Source: an uncultured delta proteobacterium
Lineage (GTDB): Bacteria; Desulfobacterota; Binatia; Binatales; Binataceae
Direction of reading: 5' to 3'
DNA: 64,000 bases
Assembly: GCA_963842085.1 (NCBI GenBank)
Contig: CAWJET010000001.1
Location: 1,056,001 to 1,120,000 of the forward strand
Under the pieces are notes generated by a model, which was given only the letters and a program-made list of their open reading frames with translations, had not been told where the DNA came from and ran no database searches. The translations under genes were made by a program, and so were the position numbers. Positions 10,021 through 20,403 of the stretch are shown here, piece after piece (positions within the stretch are counted from its first letter, which is position 1; the number at the start of each line of letters is the position of its first letter).

Positions 10021-10061
10021 AATGAGAACCTCCATCTTCCAATGAGTATACGTCAGCGCAG

Positions 10062-10409
10062 CTATTCGGTTTCCTCCTGCCCCTTCAATTGCTGAATCTG
10101 CTGACGCTGTTCCTCCAATTGTTGTTGCTGCTGCTGGATCTGCGCCTGGGTCTGCTGATTGGCATTGTCCTGGTTCTGCATCGCATTGCCGACCGCGAAC
10201 CCGCCCACTCCTCCTATAGCCGCGCCGATAGCAGCGCCCGCACCTGGCGCGCCGACGGCAGCGCCTATGATCGCGCCGGTGGCCGCGCCAATCGCGGTAC
10301 CGCCGATAGTGCCCTTCTCACGCGTGGAAAGCGGGTCCCCGGAGCATCCTGCAATCAGGAAGAGCGCGGCGAGCGCGAATACACCCGTGACGATAGCGCG
10401 TTTGCGCAT
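10062..10409 (-). CDS. Glycine-zipper lipoprotein (copy 2)
   Basis: Lipobox IAGC, PLSTREKGT, glycine zipper, Gln-rich tail. Confidence 0.85.
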   Translation of the reverse strand: MRKRAIVTGVFALAALFLIAGCSGDPLSTREKGTIGGTAIGAATGAIIGAAVGAPGAGAAIGAAIGGVGGFAVGNAMQNQDNANQQTQAQIQQQQQQLEEQRQQIQQLKGQEETE

Positions 10410-10425
10410 GATCCTTCTTCGCCTG

Positions 10426-10779
10426 CTATTCGGTTTCCTGCTGATTCTTCAACTGTTGAATCTGTTGTTGCTGATTTTCGATCTGCCTTTGCTGGGAACT
10501 GATCTGCGCCTGAGTCTGTGCGTTGGCGTTTTCCTGATTCTGCATCTCGTTGCCAACCGCGAATCCTCCCAACGCGCCGATACCACCGCCGATTGCCGCG
10601 CCCGCGCCCGGTGCGCCGACCGCGGCGCCTATGATCGCGCCGGTGGCGGCCCCGATTCCGGTTCCGATGAACGTGCCCTTCTCACGTGTCGAGAGCGGCT
10701 CTCCCGAGCATCCCACCACCGCCACGAGAGCAATCGCCACGAGCAGACCCTTGATTATCGATGCAGCATTCGTCCGCAC
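10426..10779 (-). CDS. Glycine-zipper lipoprotein (copy 1)
   Basis: Lipobox VVGC, PLSTREKGT, glycine zipper; AGGAGG RBS before GTG. Confidence 0.85.
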   Translation of the reverse strand: MRTNAASIIKGLLVAIALVAVVGCSGEPLSTREKGTFIGTGIGAATGAIIGAAVGAPGAGAAIGGGIGALGGFAVGNEMQNQENANAQTQAQISSQQRQIENQQQQIQQLKNQQETE

Positions 10780-11001
10780 GAGACTTCCTCCTTAGAAGAG
10801 AGCAGTTTTCATGCCTGCCACCGGCCATACCAATTCCCAGCCAAGCGCAGGCAAGTTGGTTGAATTACCGTTAGTTTTCTATCTTCTTCGCGGGCGATCA
10901 ACCATTTGCGACTTGAACATAGCATGGAATTCTTACCGAGTCTGAAATTCGTGCGCACTCATAAACGAATATTCATCTTTTCCAGCATACCGTCGCGATT
11001 C

Positions 11002-11077
11002 CGAAAAATAATAGGCAAGAGAACGCCGGATTGGAATGCGGGGGGCAGCCCGTCGCTCTTGCCGCAAAAAGACCGGA
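11002..11077 (+). repeat. Degenerate intergenic direct repeat, copy A (partner about 14673-14749)
   Basis: Shared blocks ATAGG-AAGA, CGCCG-ATTGGAATGC-GGGG-CAGC, CTTGCCG, AAAAGA. Confidence 0.55.
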
Positions 11078-11142
11078 CCTGGTCGGACAGGGTCGGCGAT
11101 GGCCTTGACTATAATCCGAAATACTTCGATAGTTATAAAGAT

Positions 11143-11502
11143 ATGAAAAAGACCAGGGCACTGGCGGCGCTCGCCGCGTTGGCGCAGGAATCGAGGCTCG
11201 ACGTGTTCCGGATGCTGGTGCAGAGCGGGCCGGACGGGTCGCCGGCCGGGGAAATCGGCGCGCATCTCGGCGTTCCGTCGTCGACGCTCTCGTTCCATCT
11301 GAATCACCTGAAGAACGCAGGCCTGGTGACCTGCCGGCGCGACAGCCGCTCGATCATTTACAGCGCGGACTACAAGGCGATGAACGATTTGATTTCCTAC
11401 CTGACGGAAAACTGTTGCCGGGGCGATGCGGAACAGTGCGCGCCCGCAGTCTGCAAGCCAGCGCGAGAAACGAACGTCAAACAACGGCTGCGCACCGCAT
11501 GA
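11143..11502 (+). CDS. arsR: ArsR/SmtB arsenic-responsive repressor
   Basis: ALAQESRL, TLSFHL, LTENCC vicinal cysteines; upstream of arsC-acr3. Confidence 0.9.
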   Translation: MKKTRALAALAALAQESRLDVFRMLVQSGPDGSPAGEIGAHLGVPSSTLSFHLNHLKNAGLVTCRRDSRSIIYSADYKAMNDLISYLTENCCRGDAEQCAPAVCKPARETNVKQRLRTA

Positions 11503-11514
11503 GCGCTTGAATCG

Positions 11515-12027
11515 ATGGCAACTCGGGAATTCAACGTCCTGTTTCTTTGCACCGGTAACTCGGCGCGCAGCATCATGGCGGAATGCGCGATGAATCGATG
11601 GGGCAAAGGCAAGTTCAAGGCATTCAGCGCGGGCAGCCATCCCACGGGAGTCGTTCATCCAATGACGATTCAACTGCTCAATGAGCTGAACTACGAAACG
11701 CGCGCGTTGCGCAGCAAGAGCTGGGACGAATTCGCGCGGGCGGACAGCCCGCCGCTGGATTTCGCTTTCACGGTCTGCGACAAAGTCGCGGGCGAGATGT
11801 GTCCGGTGTGGCCGGGACAGCCAATCACGGCGCACTGGGGCGCCGCCGATCCCGCGGCCTTCGCCGGCACCGAAGAAGCCAGACGGCGCTTCTTTTTGAA
11901 AATCTACAGCGAGCTCGAGAACCGCATAAAAATTTTCACCAGCCTTCCCTTCGACTCGCTCGACCGCTTCGCACTCGAGCGCCGGGTCAGGGAGATCGGA
12001 ACCGTCAAGCTGCCGGAAGACAAATGA
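11515..12027 (+). CDS. arsC: Arsenate reductase (LMW-PTP fold)
   Basis: [26 protein letters not shown]. Confidence 0.9.
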   Translation: MATREFNVLFLCTGNSARSIMAECAMNRWGKGKFKAFSAGSHPTGVVHPMTIQLLNELNYETRALRSKSWDEFARADSPPLDFAFTVCDKVAGEMCPVWPGQPITAHWGAADPAAFAGTEEARRRFFLKIYSELENRIKIFTSLPFDSLDRFALERRVREIGTVKLPEDK

Positions 12028-13115
12028 CTCCGGTCCTTCGCCGACTCTCGTTTCTCGACCGCTACCTGACGCTCTGGATTTTCCTGGCGATGGCGGCCGG
12101 GATCGCGTTGGGAGCGGCAGCGCCGGGCGTCAGGATGGTCTTCGATCGCTTGAGTGTGGGCACGACCTCGATCCCAATCGCGCTCGGACTCATCCTGATG
12201 ATGTACCCGCCGCTGGCGAAGGTGAATTACGACGAGCTTGGCGACGTCTTTCGCGATTGGAAAATCCTCTGCCTCTCGCTGGTCCAGAACTGGATCATCG
12301 GTCCGATCCTGATGTTCGCGCTGGCGGTGATATTCCTGCGCGGTCGTCCCGAGTATATGACCGGCCTGATCATCATCGGCCTGGCGCGATGTATCGCGAT
12401 GGTAATCGTGTGGAACGATCTGGCCGACGGAGACAGCGAGTATTGTGCCGGACTGGTTGCATTCAATTCGATCTTCCAGGTGCTGTTCTTTTCGCTCTAT
12501 GCGTTCGTATTCGTGACGGTTGTTCCCCGGTGGCTCGGATTGGGCGGCGCGGTCGTTGAGGTCACCATCGGCAAGATCGCGGAGAGCGTCGGCATCTATC
12601 TGGGCGTGCCGTTCGTCGCGGGCTTTGCGACCTGGAAGATCCTTACCGCGCGCAAGGGCAAGGCCTGGTATCGCGAGCATTTCGTTCCGAAGATCAGTCC
12701 GCTCACTCTCATCTTTCTTCTTTTCACCATAGTCGTCATGTTTTCGATCAAGGGCGCGAACATCGTGCATCTGCCGCTCGACGTGGTGCGCATCGCGATT
12801 CCGCTGCTGCTCTACTTCACGATCATGTTCACGCTTTCCTTCGTCCTGAGCCGCGCCGTCGGCGCAACCTATCCGCAGACGGCGACACTGTCTTTCACCG
12901 CGGCGTCCAACAATTTCGAGCTGGCGATCGCGGTTACGGTCGCGACTTTCGGCATCGACAGCGGGGCCGCATTCGCCGCCGTGATCGGTCCGTTGATCGA
13001 AGTCCCGGTGATGATCGGACTGGTCGATGTCGCCCGCTGGGCTCGGCGCATTTATTTTCCGATGTCGCCCGCCGCCATGGATTTGACCGATCGGCGCAAG
13101 GTCAAGAGAGCTTAG
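12024..13115 (+). CDS. acr3: Arsenite efflux permease Acr3
   Basis: [47 protein letters not shown]. Confidence 0.95.
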   Translation: MTPVLRRLSFLDRYLTLWIFLAMAAGIALGAAAPGVRMVFDRLSVGTTSIPIALGLILMMYPPLAKVNYDELGDVFRDWKILCLSLVQNWIIGPILMFALAVIFLRGRPEYMTGLIIIGLARCIAMVIVWNDLADGDSEYCAGLVAFNSIFQVLFFSLYAFVFVTVVPRWLGLGGAVVEVTIGKIAESVGIYLGVPFVAGFATWKILTARKGKAWYREHFVPKISPLTLIFLLFTIVVMFSIKGANIVHLPLDVVRIAIPLLLYFTIMFTLSFVLSRAVGATYPQTATLSFTAASNNFELAIAVTVATFGIDSGAAFAAVIGPLIEVPVMIGLVDVARWARRIYFPMSPAAMDLTDRRKVKRA

Positions 13116-13278
13116 CTATCTCGAAACGGCGTCGTACTGGTTCGAGCTAAGCCGAGGGACGTCGGATCTTGCCTCCCGCTCTAGCAAGGCGAGCCTGGTA
13201 TCCGAGATGTTTCGAGCACTATCTTTGTCGCAGCCTTCATCCAAAGTGTTGCGGGAGCGAGCGCTGCCGATTCCGGCC

Positions 13279-14598
13279 TTACTGAACAAGGAACAAGTGC
13301 CATTCGTCCGGAACACCCTTGAGGCCATGCATGCCCCGGTCGGCAAATCGGAGCCCGGAGCCTGCGACCAGATCCTTGACTGTGCTGGATACGAGCACCT
13401 CGTCTGGTTCCGCGGTCGCGGCGACGCGCGCCGCAATATGCACCGCGATACCGCCGATATCGTCGCCGATCAACTCGCACTCGCCGGTATGGAGCCCGGT
13501 GCGGACCTCCAGTGCCAGCGGACGCAGTTTCTCGCGCACCGCGCAGGCGCATCGTATTGCCCGGTTAGGTCCGTCGAACGTGGCGAGCAGGCCGTCGCCT
13601 GCCGTGTTCACCTCGCGGCCACGGAACGCGTTCAGCTCTTTTCGCACTACCGCGTAGTAGTCATTGAGCAGCTCGCGCCATCTCAAGTCGCCCATCTCGG
13701 CGGCGCGCTCGGTGGAGCGCACTATATCGGTGAACATCACGGTGGCGAGTACCCGGTCCGGGTCCGCACGATGGCGCACGCCGGTAGTGAATTCTTCGAT
13801 CTCGCCGAGAAGACGGTCCAGCAAATCAGGAGGGAGAGCCTGGAGCAGATGATCCTCACCGGGAAGCTCGACATACTTCGCCCCGGGGATCTTCTGAGCC
13901 ATGTCGTGTCCGCATGCGACCGGGATCGTTGAATCGTCCTTGCGATGGAGGATCAGGGTCGGCACCCGGATCGAGGGCAGCAGATGGCGGGCATCATTCT
14001 CGTAGTCGGCTCGGAACAACGCTTGAATACCCCCGGGACTCGATGCGGCGCGCTCGAGCCGGCCAAACGACTGGACGAAGGCCTTATCATTGCGCATGCT
14101 CGGCGCATTGATGGGAACGAGCATTCCTTCGCCCCAGTGCGTCTCCACTGCGGCCATGAATCGATCGAATCGATCCTGGCTCAGGCAATATGGTTCGGCT
14201 TTCATCGAAGCAAAGGTGCCAAACAGCACCAGAGCCGAGGTTCGCTCGGGGTAGGTGGCGGCGAAGAACAATGACATCGGGCCGCCTTCCGACCAGCCAA
14301 AGACGGTCGCGCGCTTCGAGCCGGCCGCATCCAACACCGCCCGCACGTCGCCGATTCGCTCTTCGAGACTTTGCTCGGCGACCCGATCGGAGAGCCCCTG
14401 GCCGCGCTTGTCGAATACGATTACCCGTGCGAAGGAGGTGAGTCTTTTCAGTATGTATTCGTTGACCGGCAGTTCCCAGTAGAGTTCCACGTGCGAAAGC
14501 GTTCCCGGCACCAGCAAGATGTCGTGCGGGCCGTCGCCGAAAACGCGGTAAGCGATATGAACCGCGCCGCTCTTGGCGTACCTGGTTTGAGCTTCCAT
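13279..14598 (-). CDS. Alpha/beta hydrolase fused to class III adenylate/guanylate cyclase (LipJ-like)
   Basis: GWSEGG nucleophile elbow; ATVMFTDIV, AGDG, GLHTGE, LKGVP. Confidence 0.9.
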   Translation of the reverse strand: MEAQTRYAKSGAVHIAYRVFGDGPHDILLVPGTLSHVELYWELPVNEYILKRLTSFARVIVFDKRGQGLSDRVAEQSLEERIGDVRAVLDAAGSKRATVFGWSEGGPMSLFFAATYPERTSALVLFGTFASMKAEPYCLSQDRFDRFMAAVETHWGEGMLVPINAPSMRNDKAFVQSFGRLERAASSPGGIQALFRADYENDARHLLPSIRVPTLILHRKDDSTIPVACGHDMAQKIPGAKYVELPGEDHLLQALPPDLLDRLLGEIEEFTTGVRHRADPDRVLATVMFTDIVRSTERAAEMGDLRWRELLNDYYAVVRKELNAFRGREVNTAGDGLLATFDGPNRAIRCACAVREKLRPLALEVRTGLHTGECELIGDDIGGIAVHIAARVAATAEPDEVLVSSTVKDLVAGSGLRFADRGMHGLKGVPDEWHLFLVQ

Positions 14599-14672
14599 GG
14601 CTTCCCCTGCTTTCGGGCTTCCGGCCCGGGGAGATGCTTGATGCTTGAAGCCCTGCATCCTTTGGCAGGATG

Positions 14673-14749
14673 CGGAAAGATCATAGGAAAGATAGCGCCG
14701 TATTGGAATGCAGGGGCCAGCGCCTGCACCTTGCCGGGGAAAAGATGGA
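14673..14749 (+). repeat. Degenerate intergenic direct repeat, copy B
   Basis: Aligns by eye with 11002-11077. Confidence 0.55.
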
Positions 14750-14781
14750 GCAGGGTTGGCGCGATCCGCGATTTCGTCTGC

Positions 14782-16548
14782 CTACCATCCGATCACTTGG
14801 GCGGGCATTACGGGGGCGGCTTGGCCGCGGGGGTCGGCGCCGCCCGACAGCACGCCCGTCTTCGTGTCGATTTGAACGCCGAGCACGTGACCCTCTGACC
14901 ACGGCGGACGGACTTCGATCTGGTGACCGCGCGCGGCGAGTGCGTCGCGCACGTTGGCGGGGACGCGATCCTCGATGCGCAACACTCCGGGGTGATTATC
15001 GTGCGGATAGAACGTCGAGCGGAAATGCGGCGTCGAGAACTTGGGCGCCTCGATCGCGGCCTGCAGGTCCATCCCGAAATCGACCACGTTCAGAAAGTAT
15101 TGCAGCGTCCATTGATCCTGCTGATCGCCGCCGGGCGTGCCGAATGCGAGCCACGGCTCGCCCTTCACCGTCGCGAGCGACGGCGACAGCGTCGTGCGTG
15201 GGCGCTTGCCTGGCTTGAGCGCATTGGGATGGCGCTCGTCGAGATAAAAGGTCTGCATCCGCGTGCCGAGGGGAAAGCCAAGTGCGTCGATCACCGGCGA
15301 GCTGGGAATCCATCCGCCGCTCGCCGTGACGGCGATCATGTTGCCGGCGCGGTCGGCCGCCGTGACGTGAATCGTGCCCGCGCCCCATGGACGCGCGCCG
15401 GCTGCGGGACCGTCGCGCAACGCACGCATCCCGATCGGATCGCCGGGCCGCTGATCCGTCGAGGAACGGCCGGAATCGATAAGCTCACGGCGAATCACCG
15501 CGTAGCGATCGCTGAGCAACGCGGTGAGAGGAACGTCGCTAAACTCCGGGTCTCCGTAGTACGCCTCCCGATCGGCGAACGAGAGCTTGGCGGACTCGAT
15601 GACGGTATGGATGTAGTCGGCGGAATTGTGGCCCATCGTGGCCAGGTCGAAGCCTTCGAGCAACTTGAGCTGCTGCAGAAAGACCGGGCCTTGCGACCAT
15701 GGCCCGCACTTGAAAACCGTGACGCCGCGGTAGTCGGCGCTCGCGGGCGCTTCGATCCGCGTTGTGAAGCGCTCGAGGTCGGGCGCGGCGAGAAGACCGC
15801 CGTTGGTGTCGGACCACGCGACGATCTCGCGCGCGATGTCGCCGCGATAGAAGCGCTCGCGCGCCGCGTCGAGGCCGGCCTCGCGCCCGCGATTTTTCGC
15901 GGATGACTCGGCGTCGAGCACGCGCTTGAAAAAATTGGCGAGCGCGGGATTCTTGAGCACGCTTCCGGGCCGCGGCACTTTGCCGTCGGGGAGATATACG
16001 CGCGCCGAAGACGGCCACTTGGTGAGGAACCGCTTGGCGTTGCTGCGGAGCGACGCGCCCGCCCCTCCCCACGCCTCATCGGTAAGATTGGGATCGCCAG
16101 ACAATCCCACGTGCATCGGGAAGCCGTCGCCCGCAAGCTCGAGCGCCGGCTCTAGAACGTCGGCCAGGGACCTGGTCCCGAAATCCCGGAGCGCAGTCAC
16201 CAGTGCGTCGAACGCCGCGGGCACGCCGGCGGCAAGCAGTCCGGCGCCGGGTATCAACTCGAGACCCAGCAAGCGGTAGTGGGCAATCGTCGCGCGCTCG
16301 GGCGCCATCATATTGCCGTTGATGGCAACAACGCGGCGGGCAGATGCCGAGTAGATCAGCATGGGCGCTTCGCCGCCGATCGTATGCATATGCGGGTTGA
16401 CGACGCCCTCGACAAATGTTGCAGCGATGCCAGCGTCGATAGCATTTCCGCCACCCGCGAAGATTCGCGCACCGGCAGCGGCAGATAGATAGTGCTCCGT
16501 CGCGAGCATCGCGCGACGGCCCATTATAAGTGGATAGATTGTAGGCAT
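14782..16548 (-). CDS. Gamma-glutamyltransferase family protein
   Basis: GGNAIDA, FYRGDIA, GTIHVTAAD nucleophile Thr, PGKRPRTTLSP, GTPGGD, GADPR. Confidence 0.93.
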   Translation of the reverse strand: MPTIYPLIMGRRAMLATEHYLSAAAGARIFAGGGNAIDAGIAATFVEGVVNPHMHTIGGEAPMLIYSASARRVVAINGNMMAPERATIAHYRLLGLELIPGAGLLAAGVPAAFDALVTALRDFGTRSLADVLEPALELAGDGFPMHVGLSGDPNLTDEAWGGAGASLRSNAKRFLTKWPSSARVYLPDGKVPRPGSVLKNPALANFFKRVLDAESSAKNRGREAGLDAARERFYRGDIAREIVAWSDTNGGLLAAPDLERFTTRIEAPASADYRGVTVFKCGPWSQGPVFLQQLKLLEGFDLATMGHNSADYIHTVIESAKLSFADREAYYGDPEFSDVPLTALLSDRYAVIRRELIDSGRSSTDQRPGDPIGMRALRDGPAAGARPWGAGTIHVTAADRAGNMIAVTASGGWIPSSPVIDALGFPLGTRMQTFYLDERHPNALKPGKRPRTTLSPSLATVKGEPWLAFGTPGGDQQDQWTLQYFLNVVDFGMDLQAAIEAPKFSTPHFRSTFYPHDNHPGVLRIEDRVPANVRDALAARGHQIEVRPPWSEGHVLGVQIDTKTGVLSGGADPRGQAAPVMPAQVIGW

Positions 16549-16894
16549 CTGACTAGTTTTCCCGCGCTGTGTTTGTTCCGGAATCGGCTGGAACGCGAAT
16601 TATCGCGATTTGTTTTCGCGATCCTTACTCTGAGTATCACGCTCCGAATCTGGCAAAAAGATGCCTGTATTCGGGCATTGCTCCTTCACGAATCGGCGTC
16701 GCAAAGAGGAGCGGGTCGATGCTCAAATCCCGTCGGGTAATGGGAAATACGTTGATTTGTGCGGTTTTCCACAGCTCTGGATAATTGAAACGTGAACCTC
16801 TCTGAGACGTCTAAATATTAGGCCCGAAGATTGCTAGTATGAGAAGCAGGATGCGGAAGGCCGGATGAGCGGGAGGATGCGGAGGGGTAGAAAT

Positions 16895-17101
16895 ATGATG
16901 ACTAGCGTAAATACCGAAGGACTGATCGGAAAGCATTGCAAGCTACAGAGACCTGTGCGCGACCACGAGGGCCGCAGCCGTTTCAGCGAACGACCACGGA
17001 TCATCCGTGAGGTAAATAATCTGGACCGGCGGATGTACTTGGTGCAATTCGACGACGGCGCCACCACGTTTCTCTTTCCGGATGAAGTAGTCATCCAGTA
17101 G
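16895..17101 (+). CDS. Small hypothetical protein (beta-rich, possibly SH3-like)
   Basis: GGAGGGG RBS; ends YLVQFDDGATTFLFPDEV. Confidence 0.65.
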   Translation: MMTSVNTEGLIGKHCKLQRPVRDHEGRSRFSERPRIIREVNNLDRRMYLVQFDDGATTFLFPDEVVIQ

Positions 17102-17287
17102 CAAGTGCATGGCGCATGGCGCCCATGCACCAGCGATGGATGCGCTGATTAGCGAGGCGGGGGCTTATCGAGTATTGACCACACGCCGGGCGGGATCGAG
17201 TCGGGCGCTTCTACTGCTTCGAATCGTACCGCGGGTCGTGACCTTGGGTCTGCATCCTTCGCCAGCAACCCCAACGTGATGGCTTCT

Positions 17288-17821
17288 TCAGCCGCGGCGC
17301 TCCAGTTCGAGAAAGTCGCGGGCACGATAGAGCGCGACGATTGACTTTGCGTCCACGATGTCGCCGCGACCAATCATCGCGAAGGTTTCGTCAAACGGCA
17401 CGCGGCTGACGGTAATCACCTCGTCGTGATCGAGCTTACCCGCTCCCGCCGACAGTCCGCGCGCCAGATACAACTCGATTCGCTCGTCGCAGAAGCTTGG
17501 AATCGTGACGATCGATCCAAGATGGTCCCATCGCGCGGCCGCGACTCGCGCCTCTTCGCCTAGTTCGCGATGTGCGCATGCCAGCGAATCCTCGCCGGCG
17601 TTGCGGCATCCCGCGGGAATCTCCCACATCCAGCCGCCCATCGTGTGGCGATACTGGCGCAGCATCGCGACGGTCATGTCCGGGTACAGCGCGACGATCG
17701 CACTCGCTCCGGGATGACGGATGACGGCGAGATCGACCTGTACGCCTCCGGGCAGCGTCGCGGTCTCGACGCCGAAATCAACGACTCCCAATTTGAGGAC
17801 TGGACGACGATTTGAAGACAT
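17288..17821 (-). CDS. Nudix hydrolase (ADP-ribose pyrophosphatase-like)
   Basis: HPGAS, RQYR, WEIPAG...CAHRELGEE Nudix box, DAKS. Confidence 0.9.
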   Translation of the reverse strand: MSSNRRPVLKLGVVDFGVETATLPGGVQVDLAVIRHPGASAIVALYPDMTVAMLRQYRHTMGGWMWEIPAGCRNAGEDSLACAHRELGEEARVAAARWDHLGSIVTIPSFCDERIELYLARGLSAGAGKLDHDEVITVSRVPFDETFAMIGRGDIVDAKSIVALYRARDFLELERRG

Positions 17822-17920
17822 TGTGAATCAAGAATGTGCGCGCGGCGTGAGCCGCGCAAGCGCCAATTGCAGACGATGCGTGAACGGGAGATTATCGGGT
17901 CAGCGCGAAGGCGATTTGAT

Positions 17921-18526
17921 ATGAGCCGGATTCGGATTCCAATCTATTTCGATTACGCTTCGACGCTGTGCTACATCGCGTGGCGAATCGTAAGCCCGCT
18001 CGAGGACGAACTGGGCTTCGAGGCGCTGTGGAAGGGCGTGCCGATCGCGACGCGCGATTTTCGCTTCAAGCCCGGCCGCGTGCTGGGCGAGCGCGAGCGG
18101 CAAAAGGTGCTGTTCGTCGCGGCCGAGACAGGCATTCGCGTCGCGCCGCCGCCGAGCTGGATCGATTCGATACCCGCGCTGGAGGGATCGGAGATCGCGC
18201 GCGATGCGGGCGTTTTCCGGGTCTATCACGACGCGGTCTTTCGGGCGGCATTCGACGACGGCGCCGACATCGCGGACGCCCAAGTACTCGACGCGATTGC
18301 GGAGCGCGCCGGCCTTGATCGATCGAAATTCCGCGCAGCGCTCGACACCGGAGCGATGACCGCGCGCATTGCCGAGCACAAGCGCGAGGCCGACGAGTTT
18401 TCCGCTTTAGGCTACCCGACCTTTATCCTGGGCGACTTCCCGATGATCGGGATACAGCCGATCGAGTCGATGCGCCTGCTGCTCGGCCGGTTCATCCGCC
18501 AGCGCGCCGAGGAACCGCAAGCGTAG
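17921..18526 (+). CDS. DsbA/FrnE-family thioredoxin-fold protein
   Basis: YFDYASTLCYI, GYPTF, GIQP. Confidence 0.75.
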   Translation: MSRIRIPIYFDYASTLCYIAWRIVSPLEDELGFEALWKGVPIATRDFRFKPGRVLGERERQKVLFVAAETGIRVAPPPSWIDSIPALEGSEIARDAGVFRVYHDAVFRAAFDDGADIADAQVLDAIAERAGLDRSKFRAALDTGAMTARIAEHKREADEFSALGYPTFILGDFPMIGIQPIESMRLLLGRFIRQRAEEPQA

Positions 18527-18628
18527 CTACGATCGTGCCGAGAGAGCAGCATAAACGTCGGGCGCCGGCTCTCCTCGCGGAGTTCGGGACGTTCTGTTTC
18601 ATCGGACCAAATCGGAGCCGCGGCGAAG

Positions 18629-19465
18629 CTAGCGCGCGAGGAATACCGGGCATGGCGAGTTGCGCAGCACGTACTCGGTATTCGAGCCCAGCACCATCTC
18701 GATGATCCTGCTGTGCCCGTAGGCGCCGATGAACAGCAGGTCGGCGTCGTGCTCCTTGAGGAACTTGATAATTTCCTCGTTGGCGTGACCCTGCAGCAGC
18801 TTGAACTCGGCCTTCGGCGTGTAATTCTCGAAATAGGTGCGCGCCTCGGCCAGCGTCCGCTCGCCAAGATTGCGATCGCGGGTGCAGGTGATGACCGTGA
18901 TCGGAACGCCGAGACCGTTGGCAATTTCCGCCGCCGAGCGCATCGCGCGAGAGGCGCGTTCGCTGCCGTCGTAGGCCAGCACCGGGCGTTTGATCTCGCG
19001 AAATCGATTGGGCGAAATGAACACCTGGCGCGCCGATTTGCGCGCGACGCTTTCGGCGGTCGAACCCAAAAGCCCGGTCGAGAACTTCTCGTTGACGCCG
19101 CGATGACCGATCATGACCAGGTCGGCGCTGCGCGCGCGTTCGCAAATCTGGTTGGCGACGATTCCCATGTCGAGCACGGTCTCGACCGCCAGATTCTCGC
19201 GGCGCGCGGCGGCGGCAAATTCGTCGAGCACGCCGCGGCCGCGGGCGGTCAGCACCTCGCGCATCTTGGACGAAAAATCCAGATATGGTTCCAGCCCGAG
19301 CGAACCTGATATATCATGGAAAAACGAGCCTTCGATCGACACGATATCGACGACATGCAATCCGATCAGAGACGCACTGAAGACGCGGGCAAAATAAAAG
19401 GCGTACGCCTGGGCGTTGCGCGAGTGCTCGGAGGTGTCGATGCCGACAAGGATTTTCTTGATCAA
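18629..19465 (-). CDS. Tandem-domain universal stress protein
   Basis: ILVGIDTS, GLLGSTAESV, AYDGS, GAYGHSR..GSNT. Confidence 0.92.
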   Translation of the reverse strand: MIKKILVGIDTSEHSRNAQAYAFYFARVFSASLIGLHVVDIVSIEGSFFHDISGSLGLEPYLDFSSKMREVLTARGRGVLDEFAAAARRENLAVETVLDMGIVANQICERARSADLVMIGHRGVNEKFSTGLLGSTAESVARKSARQVFISPNRFREIKRPVLAYDGSERASRAMRSAAEIANGLGVPITVITCTRDRNLGERTLAEARTYFENYTPKAEFKLLQGHANEEIIKFLKEHDADLLFIGAYGHSRIIEMVLGSNTEYVLRNSPCPVFLAR

Positions 19466-19557
19466 GCGCGTGACCTCCGCGTCAGCTACGGCGATAACAT
19501 GCCGCGCGGTGATGCCTCAAGAGGCGACGGGAACACAATCGGTTGCGGGCGGGTGAA

Positions 19558-19851
19558 ATGAGCGAACTTAGCGAGGCGCGGATGATGAGAATCGTGGACG
19601 AGCTGGCGGAGGCGGCGCAGCGCGTCGGGCTCGAGGTCCGGCGCGAAAAGATCATGCGCGAAATCGGCTATCGCACGCGCGGCGGCGCCTGCCGGCTGCG
19701 CGACAAGAACCTCATCATCATAGATCGCGATCAGCCCGCCGCCGAGCAGCTCGAAGTGATTGCCGAAGCGCTGCGCTCGCGCGATCTCGAATCCTTGTAC
19801 CTGTCCCCGGCGGCGCGGCGCGTCGTTCACCTCGGAGACGCCCCGTCCTGA
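19558..19851 (+). CDS. Hypothetical protein
   Basis: GLEVRRE, GGACRL, LYLSPAAR; directly upstream of Fur-family gene. Confidence 0.7.
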   Translation: MSELSEARMMRIVDELAEAAQRVGLEVRREKIMREIGYRTRGGACRLRDKNLIIIDRDQPAAEQLEVIAEALRSRDLESLYLSPAARRVVHLGDAPS

Positions 19852-19859
19852 GTGCCGAG

Positions 19860-20366
19860 ATGCCGCGTACCGCCGAAAGCGCGTCGGCTGGCCACACCGT
19901 AATCGATCGCAAGCCCGCGATCAGCGCGGAGGAGCGGATGCTCACCTTCCACGCGCGCCTCAAGGAGCGCGGCCTCAAGTCCACCGGCCAGCGCGATGAC
20001 ATCGCGCGCGTATTCTTCGAGCACGGTCATCATATCAGCGCCGAGGAATTGTACGGCGAGGTCAAGAAGATCAACCCGCACGTCGGCTACGCGACGATTT
20101 ACCGGACGCTGCGCCTGCTCAAGGAATGCGCGCTGTTGTATGAGCGCCATTTCGACGAGGGCCAGGCGCGCTACGAAGCGGTCGGCGAGCGCCATCACGA
20201 TCATTTCATATGCGAGCAATGCGGCCGGATCATCGAGTTCGAGAACGCCGCGATCGAGCGCATGCAGAATATCGTCGCGCGCGATCTCGGCGTGACGCTG
20301 ACCCGGCACAAGATGGAGCTGTACGGAATCTGCTCCGACTGCCATCACGCACAGCAAAGCATGTAG
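19860..20366 (+). CDS. Fur-family transcriptional regulator
   Basis: ATIYRTL, HHDHFICEQCG, YGICSDC. Confidence 0.93.
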   Translation: MPRTAESASAGHTVIDRKPAISAEERMLTFHARLKERGLKSTGQRDDIARVFFEHGHHISAEELYGEVKKINPHVGYATIYRTLRLLKECALLYERHFDEGQARYEAVGERHHDHFICEQCGRIIEFENAAIERMQNIVARDLGVTLTRHKMELYGICSDCHHAQQSM

Positions 20367-20403
20367 ATACTCACTCGAATAGCCAGACCTGGAATCAAGA
20401 GGT

